The notes under the pieces: generated by a model
What the model was told of the DNA's origin: nothing
Seen by the model: only the letters and a program-made list of their open reading frames with translations
Database searches by the model: none
NCBI GenBank assembly: GCA_028716165.1
Contig: JAQUQI010000006.1
Span: forward strand, 9,401 to 73,400
Origin: Candidatus Omnitrophota bacterium
GTDB taxonomy: Bacteria; Omnitrophota; Gorgyraeia; JABMRG01
Length of the DNA stretch: 64,000 nt
Direction: 5' to 3'
In this document: positions 31,481 to 40,408 of the stretch, piece after piece
How positions within the stretch are numbered: the stretch's first letter is position 1
Layout: every line of letters begins with the position of its first letter
Made by a program: the position numbers and the translations under genes

Positions 31481-32353
31481 ATGCTTTTCGCGCTTTATAA
31501 AATAGGGATTTTTTTGGCCTTGAATACCCCGTTGAGGATCGGATACGCGATAGCGGGTTTCGCCTCTGTTTTATACAGGTTTGTTTCATTGGGGGACAGC
31601 CAGGCTATTATGGATAATCTTAGGGCTATTTTTCCCGGGCGGGATATGGCTTCACTTAAATATATCAGGAACAGTATTTTTATTAATTTTGGAAAATACC
31701 TCGTAGATTTTTTCAGGTCTTCGCTTATAGATAAAAATTACATAGATAGGTATGTCAGCGTGGAAGGCAGGCATTATCTGGACCAGGAGATTAAAAAAGG
31801 CAAAGGGGTTATACTGACTTCCGCGCATATCGGTAATTGGGAACTCGGCGGTATGATATTGGCCGCGATAGGCGTGCCGCTTGATGTGGTCGCGCTTATA
31901 CATAAGCATAAAAATATAGATACTTTTTTTAACAGGCAGAGGAACGCGAAAGGCGTCCGTGTTATACCGGTTGGAGCGGCCGTCCGCAGGTGCTTTAAGT
32001 CGCTTTCCGAAAACAGGGCTGTTGCCCTGCTTTCCGACAGGGATTATTTTAATAACGGTTTTGAGGTTGATTTTTTTGGCAATAAAGCTATTATACCGAA
32101 AGGCCCGGCTCTTTTTAGCCGTAAAAAAGAATGCGCTATAGTGCCTATTTTTATGCTTAGAAACACGGATGATACGTTTACACTGAAGATTATGAAGCCT
32201 ATCCAGCCCGTTATTACGCATGATGAGCATAGAGATGTGATTATGATAACAAACGATGTGGTTCGGGTCCTGGAGGATATAATTAGCAGATATCCGGAGC
32301 AGTGGTTTGTATTCAGGAGATACTGGCAAAAAATAGCATGGGGTTCGGAATAA
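31481..32353 (+). CDS. LpxL/HtrB-family lysophospholipid / lipid A acyltransferase
   Basis: N-terminal LpxL-like region with HX4D/E-type motif SAHIGNWELGG; about 290 aa. Confidence 0.7.
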   Translation: MLFALYKIGIFLALNTPLRIGYAIAGFASVLYRFVSLGDSQAIMDNLRAIFPGRDMASLKYIRNSIFINFGKYLVDFFRSSLIDKNYIDRYVSVEGRHYLDQEIKKGKGVILTSAHIGNWELGGMILAAIGVPLDVVALIHKHKNIDTFFNRQRNAKGVRVIPVGAAVRRCFKSLSENRAVALLSDRDYFNNGFEVDFFGNKAIIPKGPALFSRKKECAIVPIFMLRNTDDTFTLKIMKPIQPVITHDEHRDVIMITNDVVRVLEDIISRYPEQWFVFRRYWQKIAWGSE

Positions 32354-32355
32354 CT

Positions 32356-33024
32356 ATGAAGATATGCGCTATAATCCCCGCTTTTAATGAAGCCTCGGCG
32401 ATTGGCGATGTGGTAAAAGGGGTTAAGCGTTTTGGCGTTGATGCCATAGTTGTTGATGACGGATCTTCGGACGAGACGCATATCGTTGCCGGACGGGCCG
32501 GCGCTCATGTTATACGCAACAGGCGGAGGAACGGCAAGGGCTTGTCTCTCAAAATCGGGTTAGATTATGCCTTAGACAGCGGTTATGAACTTTTTTTTAC
32601 GATGGACGGGGACGGCCAGCATGACCCTGAAGACATACCTTGTTTTATGGGCAAGATCAAAAAACTCGGCTGTTCGGTTGTCATAGGTAACAGGATGAGC
32701 CAGCCCAAAGGTATGCCGTTTATAAGGGTTATTACCAATAGGTTTATGTCTTTTTTAATATCGGTCTTGTCGCGTCAGCGCGTATTGGATACCCAGTGCG
32801 GTTACAGGTTGTTTACAAGGGAGGCTATCTCCGGAATGGAAATAAGATCGCATAAATTTGAAATAGAATCGGAGATGTTGATTAAGATAGCCAGAAAAGG
32901 CTTTCGCATAGATTCTGTGCCCGTAAAATCCATATATGCCGATGAGACCAGCAAGATACGCCCTGTCAGGGATACATTCCGGTTTGTCAGGTTTATAATA
33001 ACGCATATGATCGCGAGGAAATAA
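32356..33024 (+). CDS. GT2 glycosyltransferase, dolichyl-/polyprenyl-phosphate sugar transferase-like
   Basis: MKICAIIPAFNEASAIGDVV...VVDDGSSDET...MDGDGQHDP (DxD); start placed at the ATG 3 nt after the upstream stop. Confidence 0.78.
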   Translation: MKICAIIPAFNEASAIGDVVKGVKRFGVDAIVVDDGSSDETHIVAGRAGAHVIRNRRRNGKGLSLKIGLDYALDSGYELFFTMDGDGQHDPEDIPCFMGKIKKLGCSVVIGNRMSQPKGMPFIRVITNRFMSFLISVLSRQRVLDTQCGYRLFTREAISGMEIRSHKFEIESEMLIKIARKGFRIDSVPVKSIYADETSKIRPVRDTFRFVRFIITHMIARK

Positions 33025-33028
33025 GCGC

Positions 33029-33538
33029 ATGATACAGGCCTTGGTCCAGGGTATTCGTTTTTTACCCGATGAAATTATAGTTGCCATTGTGGCGGCCCTG
33101 CCTGTCCTTGAAGTAAGAGGGGCCATACCCGTAGGCCTTTTGATGGGTATGGATATAAAGAGAGTACTGCTGTTTTCTGCAGCGGGTAATTTAATACCCG
33201 CGGTTGTTTTACTGTTGTCACTGGAATCCGTATCAGGCTATATGAGCCGGTTCAGGTTTTTTAACCGGTTTTTCTGCTGGCTATCCGAACGCGCCAGACG
33301 CAGGACACAGCTTATGGCCAAATGCGAATTCCTGGGGCTTATGCTTTTTGTGGCAATACCTCTGCCAATGACCGGCGCGTGGACAGGGTGCGTCGCGGCA
33401 GGGCTTTTCAGGATGCGCTTCTGGCATTCGTTTCTGGCTATTTTTCTTGGAATATGTGTAGCATCTCTTATTGTGGCCGCTTTATGCCTGGCAGGAGGGG
33501 GCGTGTTCTATAATGTATTCGTGCCTCGTATTAATTGA
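33029..33538 (+). CDS. Small multidrug-export-family membrane protein (PF06695/COG2426-like)
   Basis: LEVRGAIPVGLLMG and LFVAIPLPMTGAWTGCVAAGLF match the family's two signature blocks; four predicted TM segments. Confidence 0.6.
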   Translation: MIQALVQGIRFLPDEIIVAIVAALPVLEVRGAIPVGLLMGMDIKRVLLFSAAGNLIPAVVLLLSLESVSGYMSRFRFFNRFFCWLSERARRRTQLMAKCEFLGLMLFVAIPLPMTGAWTGCVAAGLFRMRFWHSFLAIFLGICVASLIVAALCLAGGGVFYNVFVPRIN

Positions 33539-33944
33539 TGGATATAATCTTGTCAATAAGATACCGGACCTGATAAGGGCCGGGCGAAAAAGCATTGATC
33601 ATGCCCGTGACATGCTTTTATCCATGGCCGAGTCGTATTGCGATTATCATCATGCTGAATGCGTTATTGTCTATGATGGAAATCACGCCGGAAGAAGCAT
33701 GGAGGGCAAAAACCCCGTTGTTATGTTTTCCTCATCCGGAGAAACGGCAGATACGGTTATTGAGTCTATCATATATAAGCTTGGCGATAAACAAAAAGCC
33801 ACTGTTGTTACCGATGACAGGCAAATAAAAAATCTTGTAACGGGTATGGGCGCTTTTACCATGAGCGTGGCATGTTTTAATGATGAGGCAAAAAATTGCG
33901 CGGATGCCATTCGCAGGCGGATTAATGAAAAGGGTTGTTTCTAA
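33513..33944 (+). CDS. NYN-domain protein, YacP/Rae1-like putative RNase
   Basis: CLVLIDGYNLVNK...VIVYDGNHAG...ATVVTDDRQIKNLV; overlaps the upstream gene by 26 nt. Confidence 0.6.
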   Translation: MYSCLVLIDGYNLVNKIPDLIRAGRKSIDHARDMLLSMAESYCDYHHAECVIVYDGNHAGRSMEGKNPVVMFSSSGETADTVIESIIYKLGDKQKATVVTDDRQIKNLVTGMGAFTMSVACFNDEAKNCADAIRRRINEKGCF

Positions 33945-33963
33945 CGCGTCGGGCAAAGGCCGT

Positions 33964-34830
33964 ATGCCTGCCGTCAGGCATATCGTATTTTTTTGTTTTT
34001 TAACGGCAAGCCTGGCGTGCTTGTTTTCCCCGCATTGCTTTGCCCGTGAAAGGCCAGTGCGGCAAAGGATAATATCGCTTACTCCGGCGACAACAGAGAT
34101 ACTTTTTGCCCTTGGCCTTGACCATGAGATTGTTGCTGTTTCAAGCTTTTGTACCTGGCCGCCAAGAGCGGCGGAAAAAGAAAAAGCCGGTTCCTTCAGC
34201 AGTCCCAATATTGAAAAAATAATATCTCTTAAACCCGACCTTGTCCTGGTAACAGGCATGGAACAGGCGCGGCTTGCTTTAATACTTCACGGCCTCGGTA
34301 TTGATTATGTCAGCGTGGACCCGAAGAGCATAGATGAACTTACAGACAGCATTGCTCTCATAGGTTCGCTTACAGGGCGTATGCCTGAAGCCGCGGCAAT
34401 AAATGCCGGCATAAAGAAAGCCATTGATCAGATACGGGTTTCCATTGGCGCAAGAAGCCACGATGCCAGGCCAAGGATATATATGGAGATATGGTATGAC
34501 CCTGTGATGTGCCCTGGTTTGGGATCTTTTGTGGATGATATGATAAGGCATGCGGGCGGAATAAACATCACATCAGGGCTTAAGCGTTCATATTCAAGGA
34601 TAGACCCCGAGCAGATTATATTGAAAAACCCCGATAAGATAGTCCTTGCTTATATGAAACCGGATTCCTGGATAAAAAATAATGTTTCTAACAGGCTGGG
34701 CTGGCAGGATATGCGGGCTGTCAGATACGGCAGAATATATGCTGATATAGACCCTGATATTATATTAAGGCCCGGGCCCAGGGTCACGCAAGGTCTGAAA
34801 AAATTATATGAGATTTTCTATGAGTGTTGA
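33964..34830 (+). CDS. ABC transporter periplasmic substrate-binding protein, TroA/BtuF-like class III (cobalamin / iron-chelate type)
   Basis: Signal peptide then QRIISLTPATTEILFALGLDHEIVAVSSFCTWP, typical of PF01497; start chosen at the Met preceding the signal peptide. Confidence 0.75.
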   Translation: MPAVRHIVFFCFLTASLACLFSPHCFARERPVRQRIISLTPATTEILFALGLDHEIVAVSSFCTWPPRAAEKEKAGSFSSPNIEKIISLKPDLVLVTGMEQARLALILHGLGIDYVSVDPKSIDELTDSIALIGSLTGRMPEAAAINAGIKKAIDQIRVSIGARSHDARPRIYMEIWYDPVMCPGLGSFVDDMIRHAGGINITSGLKRSYSRIDPEQIILKNPDKIVLAYMKPDSWIKNNVSNRLGWQDMRAVRYGRIYADIDPDIILRPGPRVTQGLKKLYEIFYEC

Positions 34831-35797
34831 TTACGCGAAAACATTGTCTTTATTTGCTTTGGCGCTGATTGCCGCGGTCTTTTTATCGCTGGCCTTAGGC
34901 AGTGTTCCGGTCCCATTGACAAGCTTGTTTAAACCGGAGATGAGAGGATTATTGGCGTTAAGGGCCGGCAGGGTTTTGCTTACGGTATCGGCAGGCGCTT
35001 CATTGGCTGTCGTCGGCGCGATATTGCAGGGGCTTTTGAAGAACCCCCTGGCCGATCCTTATGTGCTGGGCATATCAAGCGGTTCAGGCCTCGGCGCCGT
35101 TATTGCCATTATGCTGGGGTTTAATATTTCGGTATTAGGAGATATTTCAATTCCTTTATCGGCTTTTATTTTCGGGCTTTGTTCCATTGTGTTTGTGTAT
35201 TTTTTATCAAAAAAAGGTTCCAGGGTAGGGGCTGAAGATCTTTTGTTGTCCGGGGTTATTGTAACGTCAATGCTGTCAGGGGTAATCATGTATATAGTCT
35301 CTGCCACTGAACGCGAAGGATTGCACAGCGCTTTATGGTGGCTCCTTGGCAATACCCAGGTCTATGACCTGCGCCTGTTATCCGTTGTATCCGCGGTATC
35401 CCTGTCAGGCATGATAGTAAGCATTATGATGGCAAGGCATCTTAATATTATGAGTATCGGAGAAGAAGAGGCAATAACAATGGGGCTTGATGTGGAAAAA
35501 ATTAAAGCGCTTTTTTTTATAGTTTCATCCATTATGACGGCCGTCGTCGTATCCGTGTGCGGGATGATAGGTTTTGTCGGATTGATAGTTCCCCATATTG
35601 TAAGGAAGATAACAGGCCCTGACCACAGAAAGCTTATACCTGCCAGCGCTTTATGCGGCAGTGTATATCTTGTGTTGTGCGATATCGCGGCAAGAAGACT
35701 GGCGTATCCAATGGAATTGCCTATTGGGATAATAACGGCCATATGCGGCGGCCCCTTTTTTATATTACTTCTTAAACGCTCAAAAGTCCCCGATTAA
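34808..35797 (+). CDS. ABC transporter permease, FecCD/BtuC family
   Basis: 329 aa with about 9 TM segments; ADPYVLGISSGSGLGAVIAI and C-terminal PIGIITAICGGPFFILLL. Confidence 0.8.
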   Translation: MRFSMSVDYAKTLSLFALALIAAVFLSLALGSVPVPLTSLFKPEMRGLLALRAGRVLLTVSAGASLAVVGAILQGLLKNPLADPYVLGISSGSGLGAVIAIMLGFNISVLGDISIPLSAFIFGLCSIVFVYFLSKKGSRVGAEDLLLSGVIVTSMLSGVIMYIVSATEREGLHSALWWLLGNTQVYDLRLLSVVSAVSLSGMIVSIMMARHLNIMSIGEEEAITMGLDVEKIKALFFIVSSIMTAVVVSVCGMIGFVGLIVPHIVRKITGPDHRKLIPASALCGSVYLVLCDIAARRLAYPMELPIGIITAICGGPFFILLLKRSKVPD

Positions 35798-35901
35798 GCC
35801 GGGTTTTTCGCGCCTGGCTTTTACAGCCTGGCTATAGACCGGCCGCGGGCCAGCGTATAGTTTTAAAGGCGTGCGATTATAAAAAAAAGGTAAAATTTCA
35901 T

Positions 35902-36690
35902 ATGATTTTTTTACAGGTTAAAGACATAGACAGCGGTTATAACGATAAGGCGGTTATACATAGCATGTCCTTTAACCTGGATAGGGGAGAGTTTGTCGGT
36001 ATTATAGGGCCTAACGGTTCAGGCAAGACAACGCTTTTAAGGACCATTTCTCATATAATAAAACCGTTTAAGGGAACGGTTTTATTAGAGTCGCAGAATA
36101 TACACCGGCTAAGCAAAAATGTCCTGGCAAGGCGTATAGCCTTAGCAGGCCAGAACATATTAAGCGTATTTTCTTTTACCGTTGAAGAGATAGTGCTCAT
36201 GGGCAGAAACCCTTATATCGGTTTCTTCGGGCACGAAAAAAAAGGAGATCTTCAAAAGGTCAGGCTTGTTCTGGAGCAGACAGGTTTGACGCGTGTAAGA
36301 AATAAACCCGTTCATTGTTTAAGCGCCGGGGAAGGCCAGCGCGTGTTAATAGCCCGCGCCCTTGCTCAAGAAGCCAAACTGCTTTTGCTTGATGAACCGA
36401 CCGCGCACCTTGATATTGGTTATCAGACCGATATTCTTGACTTGATCAAGTCTCTTCAGCAGGAGTCCGGGATTAGCGTAATATGCGTTTTGCACGACCT
36501 TAATCTCGCCTCCCAATATTGCGATAAGCTTCTTCTTATAGACGAAGGCAGGGCCGCCGGTTTTGATATTCCCGAACGTGTCCTAAAGCGCGGTGTCCTT
36601 GAAAGTGTTTTTCACGCGGCGTGCCTGGTTAATAACACGATATTACCGGGAAGGCCTCTAATTGTTCCTTTCTCGCGACGGGCGCGATAG
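35902..36690 (+). CDS. ABC transporter ATP-binding protein, FecE/BtuD-like
   Basis: GIIGPNGSGKTTLL Walker A; LSAGEGQRVLIARAL signature; LLLLDEPTAHLD Walker B. Confidence 0.85.
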   Translation: MIFLQVKDIDSGYNDKAVIHSMSFNLDRGEFVGIIGPNGSGKTTLLRTISHIIKPFKGTVLLESQNIHRLSKNVLARRIALAGQNILSVFSFTVEEIVLMGRNPYIGFFGHEKKGDLQKVRLVLEQTGLTRVRNKPVHCLSAGEGQRVLIARALAQEAKLLLLDEPTAHLDIGYQTDILDLIKSLQQESGISVICVLHDLNLASQYCDKLLLIDEGRAAGFDIPERVLKRGVLESVFHAACLVNNTILPGRPLIVPFSRRAR

Positions 36691-36728
36691 GACTGCCTGG
36701 CTTAAATAATAGGATCAGGATTTTATAG

Positions 36729-36756
36729 TTGACAATAAGGCCATAAAGTTTATAAT
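36729..36756 (+). promoter_or_regulatory. Near-consensus sigma70 promoter (TTGACA-16 nt-TATAAT) driving the riboswitch leader
   Basis: ttgaca at 36729-36734 and tataat at 36751-36756, read directly from the sequence. Confidence 0.6.
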
Positions 36757-36774
36757 GAGATAAAATTTGATATG

Positions 36775-36925
36775 CGGGTTGCGAAAGCTTTAAAAGGGAA
36801 TTCCGTTTAAATCGGATACGGTCCCGCCGCTGTGTATGGAACGAAAACCATGATAATCCACTGGCTTGATGCCGGGAAGGAATGGTGAGTAGAAGGCCAT
36901 AAGTCAGAAGACCTGCCCGCATAAT
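36775..36925 (+). promoter_or_regulatory. Cobalamin (AdoCbl) riboswitch aptamer
   Basis: AAAAGGGAAUUCCGUUUAAAUCGGAUACGGUCCCGCCGCUGUGUA ... AAUCCACUGGC ... CCGGGAAGG ... AAGUCAGAAGACCUGCCCGC contains the GGGAA / CCCGC-CUGU core, the GCCACUG-like and GGGAAGG elements, and a B12 box AGUCAGAAGACCUGCC. Confidence 0.8.
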
Positions 36926-37011
36926 AATGAATAGACGCCTCGGAGAAAAGGTAGTCTTTCGCATACAGGGTTATAGCCCCTTTGATAATATTAAGGGGCG
37001 GACAGGGTTTG

Positions 37012-37066
37012 ACCCCGGTATGGATATGCCTGTTTGAAACAGGCGTATCCGTATCGGGGTTTTTTA
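37012..37066 (+). terminator. Intrinsic terminator of the riboswitch expression platform
   Basis: Long imperfect inverted repeat ccccggtatggatatgcctgttt-gaa-aacaggcgtatccgtatcgggg followed by tttttt. Confidence 0.65.
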
Positions 37067-37067
37067 A

Positions 37068-37140
37068 TAACAAGGGGAAACTGCGGTGAAATTCCGCGGC
37101 TGTCGCGCAGCGGTTAAAGCCCGAATGCCTAAAAAGGAGG
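37068..37140 (+). promoter_or_regulatory. Second, truncated cobalamin-riboswitch-like element immediately 5' of the receptor RBS
   Basis: GGGAAACUGCGGUGAAAUUCCGCGGCUGUCGCGCAGCGGUUAAAGCCCGAAUGCCU matches the 5' core of the E. coli btuB leader (GGUGAAAUUCC; GCUGaCGCGCAGCGGUAAgg) plus a degenerate B12 box (AAGCCCGAA-), but lacks the central P6/GCCACUG/GGGAAG part. Confidence 0.45.
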
Positions 37141-37149
37141 AGAAAGACA

Positions 37150-39141
37150 ATGCGCAGGACATTGATTGCAGTATTTTTTTTGATTGTTTACGCGGGTAAT
37201 GCCGCGTCCGGTGAAACACCGGCAATCCAGCTTGAACCCATCGTGGTAACGCCTTCCAGGTTTGAGACAGGAGTGACCGGTATTACGAGTTCTTTTTCGG
37301 TTATTAGCGGTGATGAGATTAATAATGATAACGGTTCCGTCCTTGATATACTGCGCAGGCAGGCAGGCGTGCACGTGAGTGATTACTATGGAAACAGCGC
37401 CAAGGCCTCGGTTGATTTGAGGGGTTTTGGCGAAACCGCGCAGATGAACACGCTTGTCCTTGTTGACGGCAGGAGGGTAAATTCATCGGATCTAAGCGGT
37501 GTTGACTGGTATCAGATACCCAAAGAGGTCATAGAGAGAATAGAGATAATGAAAGGCTCCGGGTCTGTTCTCTATGGGGACAATGCCGCCGGCGGAGTCA
37601 TAAATATAATAACCAAAAAATCCGTTAAACCGTATAGCGTGAAATTAGAACAAAGGTTTGCCAGTTATCGCGGTTTTACCAGTCTGGCCCAGGCTGGTTT
37701 GCTGCAAGACAATATCGGTATCATGGTAAATGCCCGCAGGGACAAAACAGACGGCTACAGACAGAATTCGCGTCTTAAAGGCACTGATTTTTTCGGCTCT
37801 CTAAGGTATAGTATGAATGATAATATTATGTGCGATTTTGACGCCCATTACAATGAGCTTGACCTGGGGTTTCCCGGAGCGTTTTCCGAAGATGATTTGA
37901 AAAGCCGTTCCCGCAGGGACTCAAAATACAAAGATGACAGCTTAAACCAGGAGGACTGGTATCTTTACGCTTATCCTCAGGTGAAGATAAATGACAACAT
38001 ACTTCTTGCCAGCGGTTTTGGAATGAGGCAGAAAAATAGCACCAGCGACTGGGCGTCATCAAACAAGGACACGGGTAAAACTGAAATAGAAACGTATAAT
38101 ATTACGCCCAATATGGCGCTGAATATTTATGATAAATACAAGGTTGTGGCCGGTCTTGATTATTATAAAGACGCAAACGAGGCGCGTGATTATGCCAGGA
38201 CCGCCGGCTCTCTTACCGGAGAAAGCGATATTAAGAAAAGATCAACGGGTTATTATGTCCAGGCTGAAGCCAATCCGGTAAAACCGTTATTTGTAAATGC
38301 CGGCTACAGGTATGAACGGGCGGAATACGTGTTTATCTATAAGGACTATCAGGGTTATTATACGAATGTTGATGATAAAAAGACCATGGACGCCCAGGCT
38401 CTAAATGCCGGCCTATCGTATGTGTTTTTTGAGACGAACAAGGCCTATATGAATTTCAGTAAAAGTTTCAGGCTTCCGGCAACGGACGAATTTCTCTTGT
38501 ACGACTGGACCATTTGGCCAGCCGGCAGATTTATAAACACGGCCTTAAGACCGCAGGAAGGTTATTCTTACACAGCCGGACTTGACATTGCTTTTGCGGA
38601 CATAGCCGTCGTCAAGGCGTCGGGTTTTTGGATGGAAATGAAAGACGAAATATATTTTGACCCGTATTTGTATGAAAACAGAAATTATGACGATGATACG
38701 AAAAGAAAGGGGTTTGAAACAAGGCTGGATATGTTTATCAATAAGCACATAAGCCTTTACGCCTCTTACACGTTTACAAAGGCGAATTTCAGCGGCGGGC
38801 GTTTTGACGGTAATGATGTGCCCGCTGTTCCAAGGCATATTTTTGCCGCCGGAGCCGGACTGCGCCTGGGGCAGTTTTCATTTAACATAGACTGCAGAGA
38901 TACGGGTAAAAGCAGGCTTATAAGCGATCAGGACAATCTTAAAGGCTACCTTAAGGGTTATATGGTAGTGGATGCCGGCGCCGCATTTACACATAAAGAG
39001 CTTACCCTGTTTTGCAAAGTGAATAATGTGTTTAATGAAAAATATTCGGAATACGGGGTAAGGAGCACGATGTATGATACCCGTAATTATTATCCCGCGC
39101 CGGAGAGGAATTTTGTTGCCGGGCTAAAGTTTGAGTTTTAA
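37150..39141 (+). CDS. TonB-dependent outer-membrane receptor, BtuB-like (putative cobalamin/corrinoid receptor)
   Basis: Signal peptide; TonB box/plug region EPIVVTPSRFETG; 663 aa beta-barrel ending in the C-terminal F of ...GLKFEF; directly downstream of the cobalamin riboswitch. Confidence 0.85.
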   Translation: MRRTLIAVFFLIVYAGNAASGETPAIQLEPIVVTPSRFETGVTGITSSFSVISGDEINNDNGSVLDILRRQAGVHVSDYYGNSAKASVDLRGFGETAQMNTLVLVDGRRVNSSDLSGVDWYQIPKEVIERIEIMKGSGSVLYGDNAAGGVINIITKKSVKPYSVKLEQRFASYRGFTSLAQAGLLQDNIGIMVNARRDKTDGYRQNSRLKGTDFFGSLRYSMNDNIMCDFDAHYNELDLGFPGAFSEDDLKSRSRRDSKYKDDSLNQEDWYLYAYPQVKINDNILLASGFGMRQKNSTSDWASSNKDTGKTEIETYNITPNMALNIYDKYKVVAGLDYYKDANEARDYARTAGSLTGESDIKKRSTGYYVQAEANPVKPLFVNAGYRYERAEYVFIYKDYQGYYTNVDDKKTMDAQALNAGLSYVFFETNKAYMNFSKSFRLPATDEFLLYDWTIWPAGRFINTALRPQEGYSYTAGLDIAFADIAVVKASGFWMEMKDEIYFDPYLYENRNYDDDTKRKGFETRLDMFINKHISLYASYTFTKANFSGGRFDGNDVPAVPRHIFAAGAGLRLGQFSFNIDCRDTGKSRLISDQDNLKGYLKGYMVVDAGAAFTHKELTLFCKVNNVFNEKYSEYGVRSTMYDTRNYYPAPERNFVAGLKFEF

Positions 39142-39158
39142 GTGACGCCTTGACAGGC

Positions 39159-39917
39159 ATGAATGCGCGGTATTATAATAAAGTCAAAATGCTGCAAGAT
39201 AAAGTTTTTATAAATGCTTTAGCGGTTTCGCTGGCTTTTCATATTTTTATGATGGCGCCTCTGCCTTTTGAAAAAGATGCTATAAGGGTAAAGAAGCCTG
39301 ATATAAAGACCGAATTTGTGTATGGCCCCGAAAAGAAAGCGCCTATAGATTCAAGGCTTATTGCCGAGCGCCAAAAAACAGTTCATGGCGGCGCGCCAAG
39401 ACAGGATACTGCCGTAAAACGCCTGCCTGAAGCCTCTTCATCAAATCAGGCCAAACAGCAATTATTGATAGAAAAACCTGTCAATACGGTAAAGCAGAAA
39501 GCGCCCATGCCGGCTAATCCTGCCCAAGACAGGCCTTTGCGCGTATCAGGAACTGACCGGTCCCGGACAGCTTATAGCAATGCCGCCTCCATGCTTATAG
39601 CTGATGACAAAAGGGACCTTTCGTCGCAACCCGTGTATCTTAGTTATTATAATGCTGTAAGGTCATGCATATATAAGACCGCGCAGGCCAATAAGCCGGA
39701 TTATTTTTTAGAGGGAGAGGTTTGCCTTGTTTTTATTCTGTCCAGGGATGGAAAGCTTTTAGACGCGGGCGTTATAGCTGAAAAATCAACGAGAAACCCA
39801 ATACTCCAAAGACACGCCTTGTCCAGCATAGAGCGATCGTCTCCTTTTCCCGCGTTTCACGGATCCATGAAAGAACAAAGGCTTACCTTAAGAATCAGCA
39901 TATCTTTTGAAAAATAG
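39159..39917 (+). CDS. TonB-family energy-transducer-like protein (N-terminal TM, Pro/Gln-rich linker, TonB-C-like domain)
   Basis: TM VFINALAVSLAFHIFMMAPLP; proline-containing central region; C-terminal ...EGEVCLVFILSRDGKLLDAGVIAEKS; adjacent to the TonB-dependent receptor. Confidence 0.5.
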   Translation: MNARYYNKVKMLQDKVFINALAVSLAFHIFMMAPLPFEKDAIRVKKPDIKTEFVYGPEKKAPIDSRLIAERQKTVHGGAPRQDTAVKRLPEASSSNQAKQQLLIEKPVNTVKQKAPMPANPAQDRPLRVSGTDRSRTAYSNAASMLIADDKRDLSSQPVYLSYYNAVRSCIYKTAQANKPDYFLEGEVCLVFILSRDGKLLDAGVIAEKSTRNPILQRHALSSIERSSPFPAFHGSMKEQRLTLRISISFEK

Positions 39918-40064
39918 TTTTTAAGCTTCTTGATTTCCGTTTGAAGCCTGCCGTCAATATTACGAATTTTTAAAAGAAAAATTTTTCACGCGGATTAACC
40001 CTGACAATTTTTTTCGCGCAAATTCTTGCGATACCGCGCAGAAATACAGACACTAAAAATATGC

Positions 40065-40092
40065 TTGTAATTTGGCCCTCTTGTGATATAAT
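40065..40092 (+). promoter_or_regulatory. Sigma70 promoter with extended -10 (TTGTAA-16 nt-TGTGATATAAT) for rpsU
   Basis: ttgtaa at 40065-40070; tataat at 40087-40092 preceded by tgtga; followed by a leader of about 125 nt. Confidence 0.55.
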
Positions 40093-40222
40093 TTAGATAA
40101 TTCTTACCATTAATACAAAGTTATACCGCGCAATTGTTCCGCGTGTGCTTAAAATCGCGCCGCATAATCCGCGTATTTTTAAATTCGTTTTACAAGCGAA
40201 AGCAAGGGGGGTGAATCAGGCT

Positions 40223-40402
40223 GTGCCAAAAATAAACATTAAAGATAATGAGCCTCTTGAGCGGGCCCTGCGCAGGTTCAAGAAAAAAATAGAGCGCGAG
40301 GGTATTATCAGAGAGGTCAAATCGCGTAAACATTATGAAAAGCCGAGCGTCAAAAAGCGCCGCAAGATAAGAGAGGCGCGTAAAAAAAAGAGAAGATTTT
40401 AA
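40223..40402 (+). CDS. rpsU: 30S ribosomal protein S21 (GTG start, RBS aagggggg)
   Basis: PKINIKDNEPLERALRRFKKKIEREGIIREVKSRKHYEKPSVKKRRKIREARKKKRRF. Confidence 0.9.
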   Translation: MPKINIKDNEPLERALRRFKKKIEREGIIREVKSRKHYEKPSVKKRRKIREARKKKRRF

Positions 40403-40408
40403 CCATTC

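Noticed and set aside
31652-32329. 225-aa minus-strand ORF opposite the LpxL-family acyltransferase
   Set aside because: The plus-strand product has clear family motifs and operon context. The antisense ORF has none.
33732-34259. 175-aa minus-strand ORF spanning the NYN/SBP junction
   Set aside because: Runs against two well-supported plus-strand genes. No RBS or conserved features.
37068-37140. Reading the second riboswitch-like element as a complete, independent cobalamin riboswitch
   Set aside because: Too short (about 70 nt) and missing the GCCACUG / GGGAAGG central elements. Kept only as a truncated element in the findings.
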